Shown here: piece after piece, positions 49,143 to 59,385 of the stretch
Numbering within the stretch: position 1 is the stretch's first letter
How the letters are laid out: each line of letters opens with the position of its first letter
Assembly: GCA_016293845.1 (NCBI GenBank)
Contig: JAEDDH010000001.1
Location: forward strand, 29,211 to 93,210
DNA length: 64,000 nt
DNA from: Bacteroidales bacterium
GTDB taxonomy: Bacteria; Bacteroidota; Bacteroidia; Bacteroidales; UBA3824
Reading direction: 5' to 3'
Made by a program: the position numbers and the translations under genes
Notes under the pieces: model-generated
Database searches by the model: none
The model's input: only the letters and a program-made list of their open reading frames with translations
What the model was told of the DNA's origin: nothing

Positions 49143-50519
49143 ATGTTTGTTTTAATGATTGTAGTGTTTGTGATTGGGTATGCGTGCATTGCCCTCGAAC
49201 ACAAACTAAAAATCGACAAGGCCGCCACAGCCCTTATGCTCGGTGCATTAATGTGGATCCTATTTGTAATCGGTAAAGAATCTATCCTCTACGACCCAGA
49301 TATCACCAACAAGTCGTGGGACGAATATGTGGCTGAAAACCCCGACAAGCCGCACGACGATTCGTTTTTTACCACCTTTATTATTCAAGAGGAGAGCCTT
49401 CATCACTTGGGCGAAACGTCCGAAACCCTGTTTTTCCTTCTTGGAGCAATGACAATCGTGGCTATTATCGACAAACACAACGGTTTTTCTATCATTACCA
49501 ATAAGATAACTACCCGAAGCAAGAAAAAACTTATTTGGATGCTTAGCATTCTCACGTTCTTTATGTCGGCTGTGCTTGATAATCTTACCACCACAATTGT
49601 GATGGTAACGTTGCTAAATAAGTTGGTGGCCGACAGACATTTGCGTTGGACTTACGCCGGTATGATTGTGCTTGCAGCCAATGCTGGTGGAGCGTGGAGT
49701 CCTATAGGAGATGTTACTACCATTATGCTGTGGATTGGCGGATATATCACTGCTGGTAAAGTGATTACGATGCTGCTGCTGCCCTCAATTGTGTCGATGG
49801 TGATTCCGCTGATTGTGTTGGGCTTTACCCTCAAAGGCGACCTTGAAATGCCCTGTGAGGATAAGGTTCTTGTTAGCAAGAGCGAAAACCGCCTTCAATC
49901 GTTCTGCCTATATTGGGGTATCGTTTCACTTCTGATGGTTCCCGTACTCAAAACTTTCCTCCATCTGCCGCCTTATATGGGTATGATTTTGGTTCTCGGA
50001 TTGTTTTGGCTTATTACAGATATTATTCACCACAAAATAGGCGACCATAAAGAAAATTCTGTTATTCAGGTGCTTACAAGCGTTGATACTCCTACAATCC
50101 TCTTTTTCCTCGGTATTCTTACCGCTGTGGCAGCATTGCAGACTTCGGGACATTTGGCAGCAATGTCGAATGTTTTGGATTCGGCTTTCAACCAAAACAC
50201 TTACGGCATTGGCTTAACAATTGGTGTTCTTTCGTCGATTGTTGACAATGTGCCTTTGGTAGCCGGAGCCATGGGCATGTACGATATGGGCGCCACAGCC
50301 GAATTGGTACAAGACGGAACATTCTGGCAGTTGCTTGCCTACTGTGCTGGAACGGGCGGAAGTATCCTCATTATTGGTAGTGCCGCCGGTGTTGCCGCTA
50401 TGGGCTTAGAAAAAATCGAATTTATCTGGTATCTCAAACATATCAGTTGGTTGGCATTGATAGGATATTTTGCCGGCGCATTGTGCTTTTGGCTTCTTCA
50501 CAGCGTGATGTTTGCTTAG
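49143..50519 (+). CDS. NhaD/ArsB-type ion transporter (Na+/H+ antiporter NhaD-like)
   Basis: About 12 TM helices with an inverted-repeat topology; start moved to MFVLMIVVF. Confidence 0.65.
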   Translation: MFVLMIVVFVIGYACIALEHKLKIDKAATALMLGALMWILFVIGKESILYDPDITNKSWDEYVAENPDKPHDDSFFTTFIIQEESLHHLGETSETLFFLLGAMTIVAIIDKHNGFSIITNKITTRSKKKLIWMLSILTFFMSAVLDNLTTTIVMVTLLNKLVADRHLRWTYAGMIVLAANAGGAWSPIGDVTTIMLWIGGYITAGKVITMLLLPSIVSMVIPLIVLGFTLKGDLEMPCEDKVLVSKSENRLQSFCLYWGIVSLLMVPVLKTFLHLPPYMGMILVLGLFWLITDIIHHKIGDHKENSVIQVLTSVDTPTILFFLGILTAVAALQTSGHLAAMSNVLDSAFNQNTYGIGLTIGVLSSIVDNVPLVAGAMGMYDMGATAELVQDGTFWQLLAYCAGTGGSILIIGSAAGVAAMGLEKIEFIWYLKHISWLALIGYFAGALCFWLLHSVMFA

Positions 50520-50719
50520 GCTAATTGCACCAACTAAAACTAATAATAAGAACAACGCCCTGATGGACGTTGTTTTTTTATAACATTTTTGCTGAGGTTA
50601 CGTATAAAAAATGAATTATTATGCTCAATTATGGAAAATATAAATGTCGTTTTTTAAAAAGGCTAACGAATAATGGCTCGATTTTGTAATCTCTAATCGT
50701 CGTAATATAAAATAGACAA

Positions 50720-51382
50720 ATGACATTATCCGATTTAGATATTGACCTAATACTGAGGCTGTTTGTGGGCTCTATGCTTGGCGGAATTATCGGCTTGGAG
50801 AGAGAATACAGGTCGAAATTCGCTGGGTTTCGCACGCATTTTCTTGTGGCATTGGGCAGTTCGCTTTTTATGGTGATGTCGATACACGGATTCGACGATT
50901 TGGCTGTGCGTTACGATGCGTCGCGTATTGCTGCTCAGATAGTTTCGGGCATCGGCTTTATCGGTGCGGGTGCAATTATGTTTCAAAAACACGCCGTCAG
51001 AGGACTCACCACTGCTGCGGGACTTTGGGTAACGGCGGCTATTGGTGTTTGCGCTGGTTCGGGAAAATTCCTTCTTGCTATTGCCGCCACGGTGATGGTG
51101 CTGCTGTGCCTCGAAACTCTTAATTTTGTGCTCAGCAAACTTGGCAAAAAGATTATTTCGCTAAGTATTTCGGCTCATTCAAAGGCTGAAATCACCACCA
51201 TTTTGCAAAACCTCAAAAACGCTGGTTTTAAAGTTGATACATATAATATGGAGTTGAAAAAACGCTCCGACGGCGATGTTTACGAACTAACAATGGAGGT
51301 AAAGGTAAACCGTAAGGAATACGACCAAAAAGTTAGCGAATTATTTGCCTACTTTGATGATGTTAGTATTGATACTATTTGA
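50720..51382 (+). CDS. MgtC/SapB family membrane protein
   Basis: N-terminal MgtC domain (LGGIIGLEREYRSKFAGFRTH) plus a C-terminal ACT-like domain. Confidence 0.8.
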   Translation: MTLSDLDIDLILRLFVGSMLGGIIGLEREYRSKFAGFRTHFLVALGSSLFMVMSIHGFDDLAVRYDASRIAAQIVSGIGFIGAGAIMFQKHAVRGLTTAAGLWVTAAIGVCAGSGKFLLAIAATVMVLLCLETLNFVLSKLGKKIISLSISAHSKAEITTILQNLKNAGFKVDTYNMELKKRSDGDVYELTMEVKVNRKEYDQKVSELFAYFDDVSIDTI

Positions 51383-51432
51383 TAATCATAATTTACAATT
51401 GATAATTGACAATTCAAAATTAATTAAGACTG

Positions 51433-52164
51433 ATGACCAAAAATATTGAGATAGTGCTGTCGCCTGCGCTTTATCCGTATTACCACAAATGCGGAACGGT
51501 GGTGCTCATTGATGTGCTGAGGTGCACTTCTACCATTACCACAGCCCTCGCCCACGGTGCTTTGAGTGCCGAGACTTTTGGAACACCTCAATCGGTTTTT
51601 GAGGCAAAAAAAAGCGATAATGATTATATTTTTGTGGGCGAGCAAAACGGCATAATTATCCCCGGTTTTGATTACAACAATTCGCCTGTGGCAATGACTC
51701 CGCAGAATATCTCAAACCGAAAACTCGTTTTTGTTACCACCAACGGCACTTATATGCGGTCGCTAATTACCGATGCCGAGCGTGTTTACGCAGGATGTTT
51801 TCTTAATTGTAAGGCTTTGGCTGATAGATTGATAAACGAATTTGAAGATGTGCAGTTGATTTGTTCTGGCGGAAGAAACAAACCCAATATTGAGGATTCA
51901 CTGTTTGCTGGAATGTTGGCAGATAGGTTAGTAAGTTCGGGCAAATTCTCATTCAATAGCGTTAGTGTGATGATGTCTATGTTGCTGTATAATAATGCAA
52001 AAGATGATTTAAAACAATATGCACTGTCGCACTCTAAGTATTTGTTCGACCTTTATAACTTAAATATGGATTATCGCGCCGATTTGGATTTTTCATTTAA
52101 TATTGATAAGTTTGGCATTGTTCCCGAAGAGGAAAATCCTTATATCTTTGTGCTGAAAAAATAA
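51433..52164 (+). CDS. 2-phosphosulfolactate phosphatase family protein (ComB-like)
   Basis: ComB signature VLIDVLRCTSTITTA. Confidence 0.7.
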   Translation: MTKNIEIVLSPALYPYYHKCGTVVLIDVLRCTSTITTALAHGALSAETFGTPQSVFEAKKSDNDYIFVGEQNGIIIPGFDYNNSPVAMTPQNISNRKLVFVTTNGTYMRSLITDAERVYAGCFLNCKALADRLINEFEDVQLICSGGRNKPNIEDSLFAGMLADRLVSSGKFSFNSVSVMMSMLLYNNAKDDLKQYALSHSKYLFDLYNLNMDYRADLDFSFNIDKFGIVPEEENPYIFVLKK

Positions 52165-52194
52165 GTATAATTTGAACTATAAAGGTAATAAAAA

Positions 52195-53382
52195 ATGATA
52201 AACTTTACATATTACACGCCCACCGAGGTGGTTTTTGGAAAAGGTGCTGAACTGCAAACGGCATCGCTCATAAAAAAAAACAACGGCACTAATGTGCTTA
52301 TCCATTACGGCGGCAAAAGTGCCGAACGTCTTGGATTAATTTCGCTCGTTACACAAATGCTTGACAAAGAGGGTATTAAATATACACTTTTGGGCGGAGT
52401 AGTGCCAAATCCGCGACTTTCGATGGTGCGTAAAGGTATAGAAATTTGTCGTGCTAATGGCATAAATTTTATACTTGCAATAGGAGGGGGCAGCGTTATA
52501 GATTCGTCTAAGGCAATTGCTTACGGCGTTGAATACGATGGCGATGTGTGGGATTTCTTTGATAATAAGGCTGTTCCGCAAAAATCTATGCCTGTGGGAG
52601 CCATTGTTACTATTCCAGCGGCTGGTAGCGAAATGAGCGATAGTTGCGTTATTACCAATGAAGATGGCGATTGGAAACGCGGCTCTAACAACAACCTCTG
52701 TCGCTGCAAGTTTGCCGTTATGAATCCCGAATTTACCTACTCGCTTCCGGCTTATCAAACTGCCTGCGGTGCGGTTGACATTATGATGCACACTATGGAA
52801 CGCTATTTTAGTCCCGACACTGATATGACCCTTACCGACGCTATTGCTGAGGCACTTATGCGCACTGTTAAGGATACGGCATACGACCTTTTGAAAAATC
52901 CCAATGATTATCACGCACGTGCTCAAATGATGTGGGCTTCGAGTCTGTCGCACAACGATTTAACTGGATGCGGCACTAAGCGCGATTTTGCCACTCACCG
53001 TTTGGAACACGAACTCAGCGGAATGTTTGATGTGGCTCATGCGGCGGGACTTTCGGCGTTGTGGGGAAGTTGGGCAAGATATGTGATGAATGTGAATGTC
53101 AGCCGTTTTGTGCGTTTTGCTGTGAATGTAATGGGCGTAGAAAACGATTACAATAATCCCGAAAAAACTGCTCTAAAAGGCATTGAGGCGATGGAACGTT
53201 TTTATCACGATATTAATATGCCGGCAAATATTAGCGAACTTTTGGGCAAAAAACTTACCGATGCTCAAATCGACGAACTTGCTCAAAAATGCAGCCGTGG
53301 CGACACCATAACGCAAGGTTCGTTTAAAGTGCTGAAAATGGCTGATGTACGTGAAATATTTGCCTTGGCTAATAATGCTTAA
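52195..53382 (+). CDS. iron-containing (group III) alcohol dehydrogenase
   Basis: GGGSxxD NAD-binding motif (IGGGSVIDSSKA) and His-rich metal site. Confidence 0.85.
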   Translation: MINFTYYTPTEVVFGKGAELQTASLIKKNNGTNVLIHYGGKSAERLGLISLVTQMLDKEGIKYTLLGGVVPNPRLSMVRKGIEICRANGINFILAIGGGSVIDSSKAIAYGVEYDGDVWDFFDNKAVPQKSMPVGAIVTIPAAGSEMSDSCVITNEDGDWKRGSNNNLCRCKFAVMNPEFTYSLPAYQTACGAVDIMMHTMERYFSPDTDMTLTDAIAEALMRTVKDTAYDLLKNPNDYHARAQMMWASSLSHNDLTGCGTKRDFATHRLEHELSGMFDVAHAAGLSALWGSWARYVMNVNVSRFVRFAVNVMGVENDYNNPEKTALKGIEAMERFYHDINMPANISELLGKKLTDAQIDELAQKCSRGDTITQGSFKVLKMADVREIFALANNA

Positions 53383-54173
53383 CGATTTTTGTTGAGCACA
53401 AGAAACTGACGACGTATTTCGGGTGTCCAATATTTAAGTATATCATTGAAAACGAATACTTTCATTGGCATCACTGTGAAATTTTCGGTGGGAGTCCACC
53501 CTTTGGCGTAACGCATTAAACAAGTTAGTGCGTTTACGTCGTCGTGAAGTTTTATATAGTTGCGAGCAGCCCAAATATGATGGTCGTCGAGGGTGATAAG
53601 GTCAGCGTATTCCTCATAAATTTTTAGCACTTTTTCGGTTTCGATATTGTTCCACATATACATCAGCATCGACGAAATCATACGTGCCGATTCTTCGCGA
53701 GTGCAGCCGTTGTTTTCAAAAATAATGGTAGATTGGCACTCGGCAGGAGTGATGATTTTCACCTTTTTGGGTGCGTCGGTGCTTTTCTGACCATTGAGAC
53801 GGCGCATTGCATTGCGGTAGATATTTTCAATCGGTTTGGCTGCCGCATAACCGTATTCCTTTCGTTTTTGAGCAATGTAGTAATCGAGAAACTCGATAGC
53901 GCGGCTTATGCTGCCAGTTTTTTTGGCGGCGTAAACGTATGCGCGAAGGTGATAGTTAACGATAAGAGGATCGTACCACTGATGATCGGCAGGGAGCGAA
54001 TGTTCATCAAAATACATTGCGTTTTTGAGGTCGTCGCGGTAGTAAGCGATTTCCGCCTTGGCAATGTTTTTAATGGTTTTGGGAGCTGTGGCTTTTTCTA
54101 AAAGTTCCAAACCACGGTCGGTTTCTCCACTGCGGATAAGGTTAACTGCTGTTTGAAAATCGTTTTTTGACAT
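53379..54173 (-). CDS. hypothetical protein
   Basis: 264-aa helical ORF with no recognised family; its 3' end converges on the ADH gene with a 4-nt overlap. Confidence 0.4.
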   Translation of the reverse strand: MSKNDFQTAVNLIRSGETDRGLELLEKATAPKTIKNIAKAEIAYYRDDLKNAMYFDEHSLPADHQWYDPLIVNYHLRAYVYAAKKTGSISRAIEFLDYYIAQKRKEYGYAAAKPIENIYRNAMRRLNGQKSTDAPKKVKIITPAECQSTIIFENNGCTREESARMISSMLMYMWNNIETEKVLKIYEEYADLITLDDHHIWAARNYIKLHDDVNALTCLMRYAKGWTPTENFTVMPMKVFVFNDILKYWTPEIRRQFLVLNKNR

Positions 54174-54463
54174 AGTAAGATTCTTTCGTTCAGATAATGC
54201 AAATATACATATTTTTCATTAATTCCCAATTTTTTTTGGCGGTGATGGTATGTGATTAACGTTTGTTTGTATCTTTGCAGAAATTGAATCACCATTTCTC
54301 ATTAACAAAGGCAGGGATGATGTATTCTCCCTTGTTTTTTGTTTTGTGCGTTTGGTATGTTAGTTGATACCACCAACATACTTATTAATAACAAGTTTTT
54401 TTCATAGTTTAATATGTTTTAAATGTTTAATTCTATTTCTTTCCGAAATAACGCAAATCAACA

Positions 54464-54838
54464 TTAGTAAAACGATATCCCAAATATCAAAAACAAAAGC
54501 CGCTTTACACAAAAGACTATCAAGATAATCATCGACACGTTTAGCACCGTTTCTGGGTTGTCGGATAAAAGCATAAAGAGCATAAACGTTATTGCAAAAA
54601 TAACGGATTTTGCTATATCGAATAGGGCGGCAAATCCCGCTGCCATTGCGTTTCCGGCAGGGTCGCTGTTATTTGGGTAGATCTGTGTTACTAAGCAATA
54701 TATATAATATCCAAATCCAAGAACAATGGAACCTACTACGCAATTCCATTTTGACGAAAAATAGATTGCTGCTAATACCAATGAACCTACAACAATCGCT
54801 ATAATGCAATCGATGAGTTTGTCCACCTTCTTGCTCAT
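54464..54838 (-). CDS. hypothetical small membrane protein
   Basis: Four predicted TM helices; start moved to MSKKVDK to remove the overlap with the upstream gene. Confidence 0.4.
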   Translation of the reverse strand: MSKKVDKLIDCIIAIVVGSLVLAAIYFSSKWNCVVGSIVLGFGYYIYCLVTQIYPNNSDPAGNAMAAGFAALFDIAKSVIFAITFMLFMLLSDNPETVLNVSMIILIVFCVKRLLFLIFGISFY

Positions 54839-54848
54839 ATTTGTGGTG

Positions 54849-55631
54849 TTATTTGTTAAACTCGCCAAGAGTATCTTTAAACTCTTGCGGAATTATCGAG
54901 AGAATTTTGTCGGTGATTTCTTGCGGAATTGTTTTGTAAAATGCCTCTGCTATGCCGCCTGTGATGCAGCAGAGTGTGTCGGTGTCGCCGCCGAGCGAAA
55001 CCCCAAGACGTATGGCAGATTCAAAATCCTTGCTGTCGAAAAACGCCGTCATTGCCTCGGGCACAGTGCCTTGACACGAACCATCGAAAGTATATTTTGG
55101 GCGGATGTCGTTGCAAGTGCGGGTTAAATCGTAGCCGAATGTGGCGGTAATGTAATCCTTGATTTCCTGTTTTGATTTGCCTGTGCGTGCAAGGAAGATA
55201 GCCGCAGCCGTTGCCTGTGCGCCCTTGATGCCTTCGGGGTGATTGTGTGTGATTTCGGCAGAGCGTTTGGCTATTTCAAGGGTTTCTTCCAAAGTGTTGA
55301 ACGCCCAACCCACGGCAGAAACTCTCATTGCCGAGCCGTTGCCCCACGAGTTGTAGGGTTTGCGATTTTTTGCACGCGACCAAGCCCAATACCCTGTGCC
55401 GTACGAACCCATCGGGTCGGGATAGCGCCTTGTAAAATCTACAAGACATTCGTCTAATTTTTCCAAAGTGTGTTTCTTATCTGTAACGAGCCATTTGGCC
55501 ACTGCCACGGTAAGTATTGAATCGTCGGTGAAGTCACATTCCGGGTCGAACAGCGGAAAATCCACCGACTTGTGGTTGTCAAATTCGTAGACCGAGCCTA
55601 CTGTGTCGCCTATTATAGAGCCTAATATCAT
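54849..55631 (-). CDS. ADP-ribosylglycohydrolase family protein
   Basis: ARH fold motifs (GDTVGSVYEF; GGDTDTLCCITGGIAEAFY). Confidence 0.8.
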   Translation of the reverse strand: MILGSIIGDTVGSVYEFDNHKSVDFPLFDPECDFTDDSILTVAVAKWLVTDKKHTLEKLDECLVDFTRRYPDPMGSYGTGYWAWSRAKNRKPYNSWGNGSAMRVSAVGWAFNTLEETLEIAKRSAEITHNHPEGIKGAQATAAAIFLARTGKSKQEIKDYITATFGYDLTRTCNDIRPKYTFDGSCQGTVPEAMTAFFDSKDFESAIRLGVSLGGDTDTLCCITGGIAEAFYKTIPQEITDKILSIIPQEFKDTLGEFNK

Positions 55632-55651
55632 AGTGTATTGAGATTTGTTGT

Positions 55652-56350
55652 TTATGCTATTTCATTCTTAAGAGCATCATTAATGCTCTGCTTTACTGTT
55701 TTGTCGTTGAAACACTCGAAAAACTCTGCTTTTACTAACCACGCAAAACTAAACGCCCAAAGCATTATTGCCTCATTGATGAGGGTCCAATAACCTGGAA
55801 ATCCGAATACTGATGCTATTACTTGGTTGAGCATAAATACACCTATTATGCCGGCGCAGGTGTAATAAATCTTGTTGCGGAGTTGTTTTTCGGGGGTCAT
55901 ATTGTCGCCACCTTTGGTTTGGGTAAAATTGTATCCCACCATTATGGCAAAACTTATAAACATCAGGCTTGCAAAGGTGCAATGGATTATGAAACTTGTG
56001 CCACATTCCAATCCCAAAAGTCCTGTGATTTCGATTCCTCCGTGTCCGCACGGAAACACTATTATGCCCAAGGCGCTTATGCCGGAAATTATGGTTAAAA
56101 TCTTGTCGGATGCATTGTAGCCGATATACGACAAAAACAGCACTGCCATTGAAAACAATACTCCAATCATACAAATCTGCGAGTTGGCATAGTAGGTCAT
56201 ACTTATCGAATACCACCATTTTGGGTCTACAATTTGAGAGTTATCGCCCAAAAGTCCGAAGCCAATAGCACACGGAGCCAAAAAGAATCCCAACAATCCT
56301 AAGATTCTTTTTTGAAAAATCATCAGTTCTTTTTTTCCAGTTCCTACCAT
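55652..56350 (-). CDS. hypothetical polytopic membrane protein (DUF998-like)
   Basis: Six to seven TM helices; first gene of a three-gene minus-strand unit with the ARH gene. Confidence 0.45.
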   Translation of the reverse strand: MVGTGKKELMIFQKRILGLLGFFLAPCAIGFGLLGDNSQIVDPKWWYSISMTYYANSQICMIGVLFSMAVLFLSYIGYNASDKILTIISGISALGIIVFPCGHGGIEITGLLGLECGTSFIIHCTFASLMFISFAIMVGYNFTQTKGGDNMTPEKQLRNKIYYTCAGIIGVFMLNQVIASVFGFPGYWTLINEAIMLWAFSFAWLVKAEFFECFNDKTVKQSINDALKNEIA

Positions 56351-56449
56351 TGTTTAATTATTTATTTTTGTTAAATATTGCTTTATTCTTTGGCACAAAT
56401 ATAAGGCTATTTTTTTATGAAATTCAAAAAACTTAATAATTTTTTACCA

Positions 56450-57601
56450 TTATTCTTTGCCTACCCAATCCACTGATAAGAATCTGATGAGTTTGCCGTT
56501 GTGGTCTAAGATTCCCCATTTTTTGTTTAGAGAGGCAAATATAACGCCTTGGTTTACAAATACATCGTCGTAGATAGGCTGAACAATTATCTTGCCCGTG
56601 GAGTCAATCAGTCCGCATTTTCGGTTTACCTCTATCACCGCAAAGCCGTAATTATCGAATGGATAGGCAAATGAGAATTTTGGCTCTACTACATAATTGC
56701 CTGAGGTGTTGATATATCCCCATCCTGTTTTGTCGCAAACCATAGCCAATCCGTTGCCGCTAAATAAATGTGCCTCGGTCAATTTTGGTTCAATAACCCA
56801 ACCGCCTGTGGTGTCGATGTATCCGTATTTGCCTTTGTATAGTACTGGTGCCCAGCCGTTTGCCCCAAATGCAGGATTATCGTTGTCTTCAAACTTTTGC
56901 TCTATTGCCCATTCGCCCGAGTTGTTGATAAAGCCAACATAACCGTTGAGACGTACCGTTGCCAAACCAAATTGATTGAAGGGAAATGCAAAGTCAAATT
57001 TTGGTTCAATAACCCATTTGCCTGTGGTGTCGATATATCCGTATTTGTTGTGATATTTTGCCACTCCCAAACCGTTGTTGCCAAACTTTGTAACATCTTG
57101 AAACTGCGGTTCTATCACCATTTTGCCTAAGGTGTCGATAAAACCCCATTTCTCGTTGATGCATACGGGGCAGATGTTAAATCGGTTGAACTTACGTGCG
57201 TATTGAAACTGAGGCTCAATGATGATTTTGCCTGAATTGTCCAAAAATCCGCATTTAGATAGCTCACCATCTTTGTAAACTGTTGTAAAACTAGCCAATC
57301 CGTTGTCGGCAAAATCGCCCAAAAATCTGTACACCGGCTCCACCACAAGGTCTCCTTTTTTGTTGACATATCCATATGTTTCGTGAAAAATATCACCAAC
57401 CGAAACCTTAGCCAAACCATTGTTGCCAAAGCCGTTGCAATTATAAAACTGCGGCTTAATTATCCAATTTCCATTAATGTCGATAAAACCGCATTTTCCG
57501 TTGATACAAGCGAGAAAAAGAGTAATATCGCTGTCGGTTTGAGCCACGGTAATATTTGATGAGGCGGTGATGAGGCCTGCTATAATAAGTTCTTTGCTCA
57601 T
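56450..57601 (-). CDS. WG-repeat (KWG) containing secreted protein
   Basis: Signal peptide and about ten K(W/Y)G(F/Y)ID..G..VIEP.F repeats. Confidence 0.75.
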   Translation of the reverse strand: MSKELIIAGLITASSNITVAQTDSDITLFLACINGKCGFIDINGNWIIKPQFYNCNGFGNNGLAKVSVGDIFHETYGYVNKKGDLVVEPVYRFLGDFADNGLASFTTVYKDGELSKCGFLDNSGKIIIEPQFQYARKFNRFNICPVCINEKWGFIDTLGKMVIEPQFQDVTKFGNNGLGVAKYHNKYGYIDTTGKWVIEPKFDFAFPFNQFGLATVRLNGYVGFINNSGEWAIEQKFEDNDNPAFGANGWAPVLYKGKYGYIDTTGGWVIEPKLTEAHLFSGNGLAMVCDKTGWGYINTSGNYVVEPKFSFAYPFDNYGFAVIEVNRKCGLIDSTGKIIVQPIYDDVFVNQGVIFASLNKKWGILDHNGKLIRFLSVDWVGKE

Positions 57602-57703
57602 AAGTGGTAGATTTAGTGAGGCAAAGATAAGATTTTTTGGTAAAACAGTTTGGTTTTAATGTCAAAATCTGATTTTTAACTAAAATAGTGCCTTAAAAAT
57701 TTT

Positions 57704-57804
57704 TATATCTCGCCAAAACCGCATATTTTTGCCATGTTTTGGCGAGATATAAAAATTATATTCAGCCAAAACAATATAATTTTACCCTGTTTTGGCGAGA
57801 TATA
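57704..57804 (+). promoter_or_regulatory. inverted and direct 16-bp repeats (TATATCTCGCCAAAAC / GTTTTGGCGAGATATA x2) in the promoter region of the DUF234 ATPase gene
   Basis: Exact 16-bp inverted repeat at 57704-57719 versus 57736-57751, and a direct second copy at 57789-57804, 14 nt before the ATG. Confidence 0.45.
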
Positions 57805-57817
57805 AAATTATTATATT

Positions 57818-59230
57818 ATGAATCAATTAGTTGGAAGAGTCGAAGAGAAGCGGATGCTTTTTAACTGTCTCAATTCGAGCAAAAGCGAATTTGTGGTAGT
57901 TTATGGTCGAAGACGAATCGGTAAGACGTTTTTGATTCGCAGTTTTTTTGAAGATAAATACGATTTTTGCTATGTTGGAAAACACAATTATGCTTATCAC
58001 GACCAATTGAAAGCATTTGCCGCCGCCCTCAAACAATATTCGGGTAGTAAATTTGATATTGTTCTAAATAATTGGGACGATGCGTTTAAAAACCTTGCCA
58101 CATTGTTGGACTCAATTTCCCACGATGGCAAAAAGATAATTTTTATTGACGAAATGCCGTGGATTGATGGTCGACGGTCTGATTTTGTACCTGCGTTGGA
58201 GAATTTTTGGAACTCGTATGCTGCTTTTAGAGATGATTTGATGCTCGTGGCTTGCGGTTCGTCTACTTCGTGGATAGTTGACAAAGTTCTCAAAAATCAA
58301 GGCGGGCTTTTCAACCGGGTAACAATGCAGATTTATTTACGACCTTTCAATCTTGGTGAAACACGGGAATATCTTCGACTAATCAATTGTAATTGGGATA
58401 ATTACCAAATAGCGCAGTGTTATATGGTGTTAGGTGGCGTGCCGTTTTATTATAGTCTGTTGAATAGCGGTATGAGCCTTGTACAAAATATTGATTTTCT
58501 GTTTTTTTCGTCGAAAAACGCTGTTCTTAAAACAGAGTTTTCTCAATTATTTGAATCCCTTTTCAATAATTATGAAAAATACATCGAAATAATTAAAATT
58601 CTTCTCCAACGCTTTGAAGGTTTTACTCGCACCGAAATTGCTGAAATGGCTGGCTTTGGCGGTTCGCACCTTTCTAAGATTCTTACAGATCTCGAACGCT
58701 GTGATTTTATTATTTCGAGCAATAGGACAGGCGGAGGAGTTAAAAATCAAATTTTCAGAATTTGCGATTTCTATACATTGTTTTATTTCAAGTTTTTGGA
58801 AAACAATCCATCTGCAAGCCCTAATTATTGGCAAAAAATGTCAACGACTTCAAAAATAGCGGCTTGGCAGGGATTTAGTTTTGAATTATTGTGCCTTTTA
58901 CACCGTTATCAAATGGAAAAGGCATTGGGTATCAATGGAATATTAACCACGATAAGCACTTGGCGTAGCAAAGACAACACTGCGCAAATTGATTTGGTGA
59001 TCGAACGTTCCGACCGTGTTGTTAATCTTTGCGAGATGAAGTTTTCTACTAAGCAATACACAATTACAAATGATTACGACTTGAAACTCCGTCAAAGGAT
59101 GTCGGTATTTGCCGAAGAAACCAAGACAAAGTATGCTCTCAACTATGTGTTTGTCACCACATTTGGAGTCAGCAATCCTCAAAACCATTCGATTGTTAGC
59201 AACAACATTACATTAGATGATTTGTTCTAA
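57818..59230 (+). CDS. AAA+ ATPase, DUF234-type ATP-binding protein
   Basis: Walker A GRRRIGKT, Walker B IIFIDEM and the DUF234-like C-terminal half. Confidence 0.7.
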   Translation: MNQLVGRVEEKRMLFNCLNSSKSEFVVVYGRRRIGKTFLIRSFFEDKYDFCYVGKHNYAYHDQLKAFAAALKQYSGSKFDIVLNNWDDAFKNLATLLDSISHDGKKIIFIDEMPWIDGRRSDFVPALENFWNSYAAFRDDLMLVACGSSTSWIVDKVLKNQGGLFNRVTMQIYLRPFNLGETREYLRLINCNWDNYQIAQCYMVLGGVPFYYSLLNSGMSLVQNIDFLFFSSKNAVLKTEFSQLFESLFNNYEKYIEIIKILLQRFEGFTRTEIAEMAGFGGSHLSKILTDLERCDFIISSNRTGGGVKNQIFRICDFYTLFYFKFLENNPSASPNYWQKMSTTSKIAAWQGFSFELLCLLHRYQMEKALGINGILTTISTWRSKDNTAQIDLVIERSDRVVNLCEMKFSTKQYTITNDYDLKLRQRMSVFAEETKTKYALNYVFVTTFGVSNPQNHSIVSNNITLDDLF

Positions 59231-59329
59231 TCTTGGCTATTACTCGATTTTTTTCGGGGTTATAACCAAAATTTTGAATCAAAGACACTGTGCTAAGTGC
59301 CAAAAATGTGTAAAAACACACAAAAATAG

Positions 59330-59365
59330 GTGCCAAAAATGTGTAAATTTACACATTTTTGGCAC
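59330..59365. terminator. perfect 36-bp palindrome (18-bp arms, no spacer) between convergent genes; half-site repeated upstream at 59298-59316
   Basis: GTGCCAAAAATGTGTAAA|TTTACACATTTTTGGCAC read directly from the sequence. Confidence 0.5.
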
Positions 59366-59385
59366 TTTGGCTCAAAATCTTGTTC

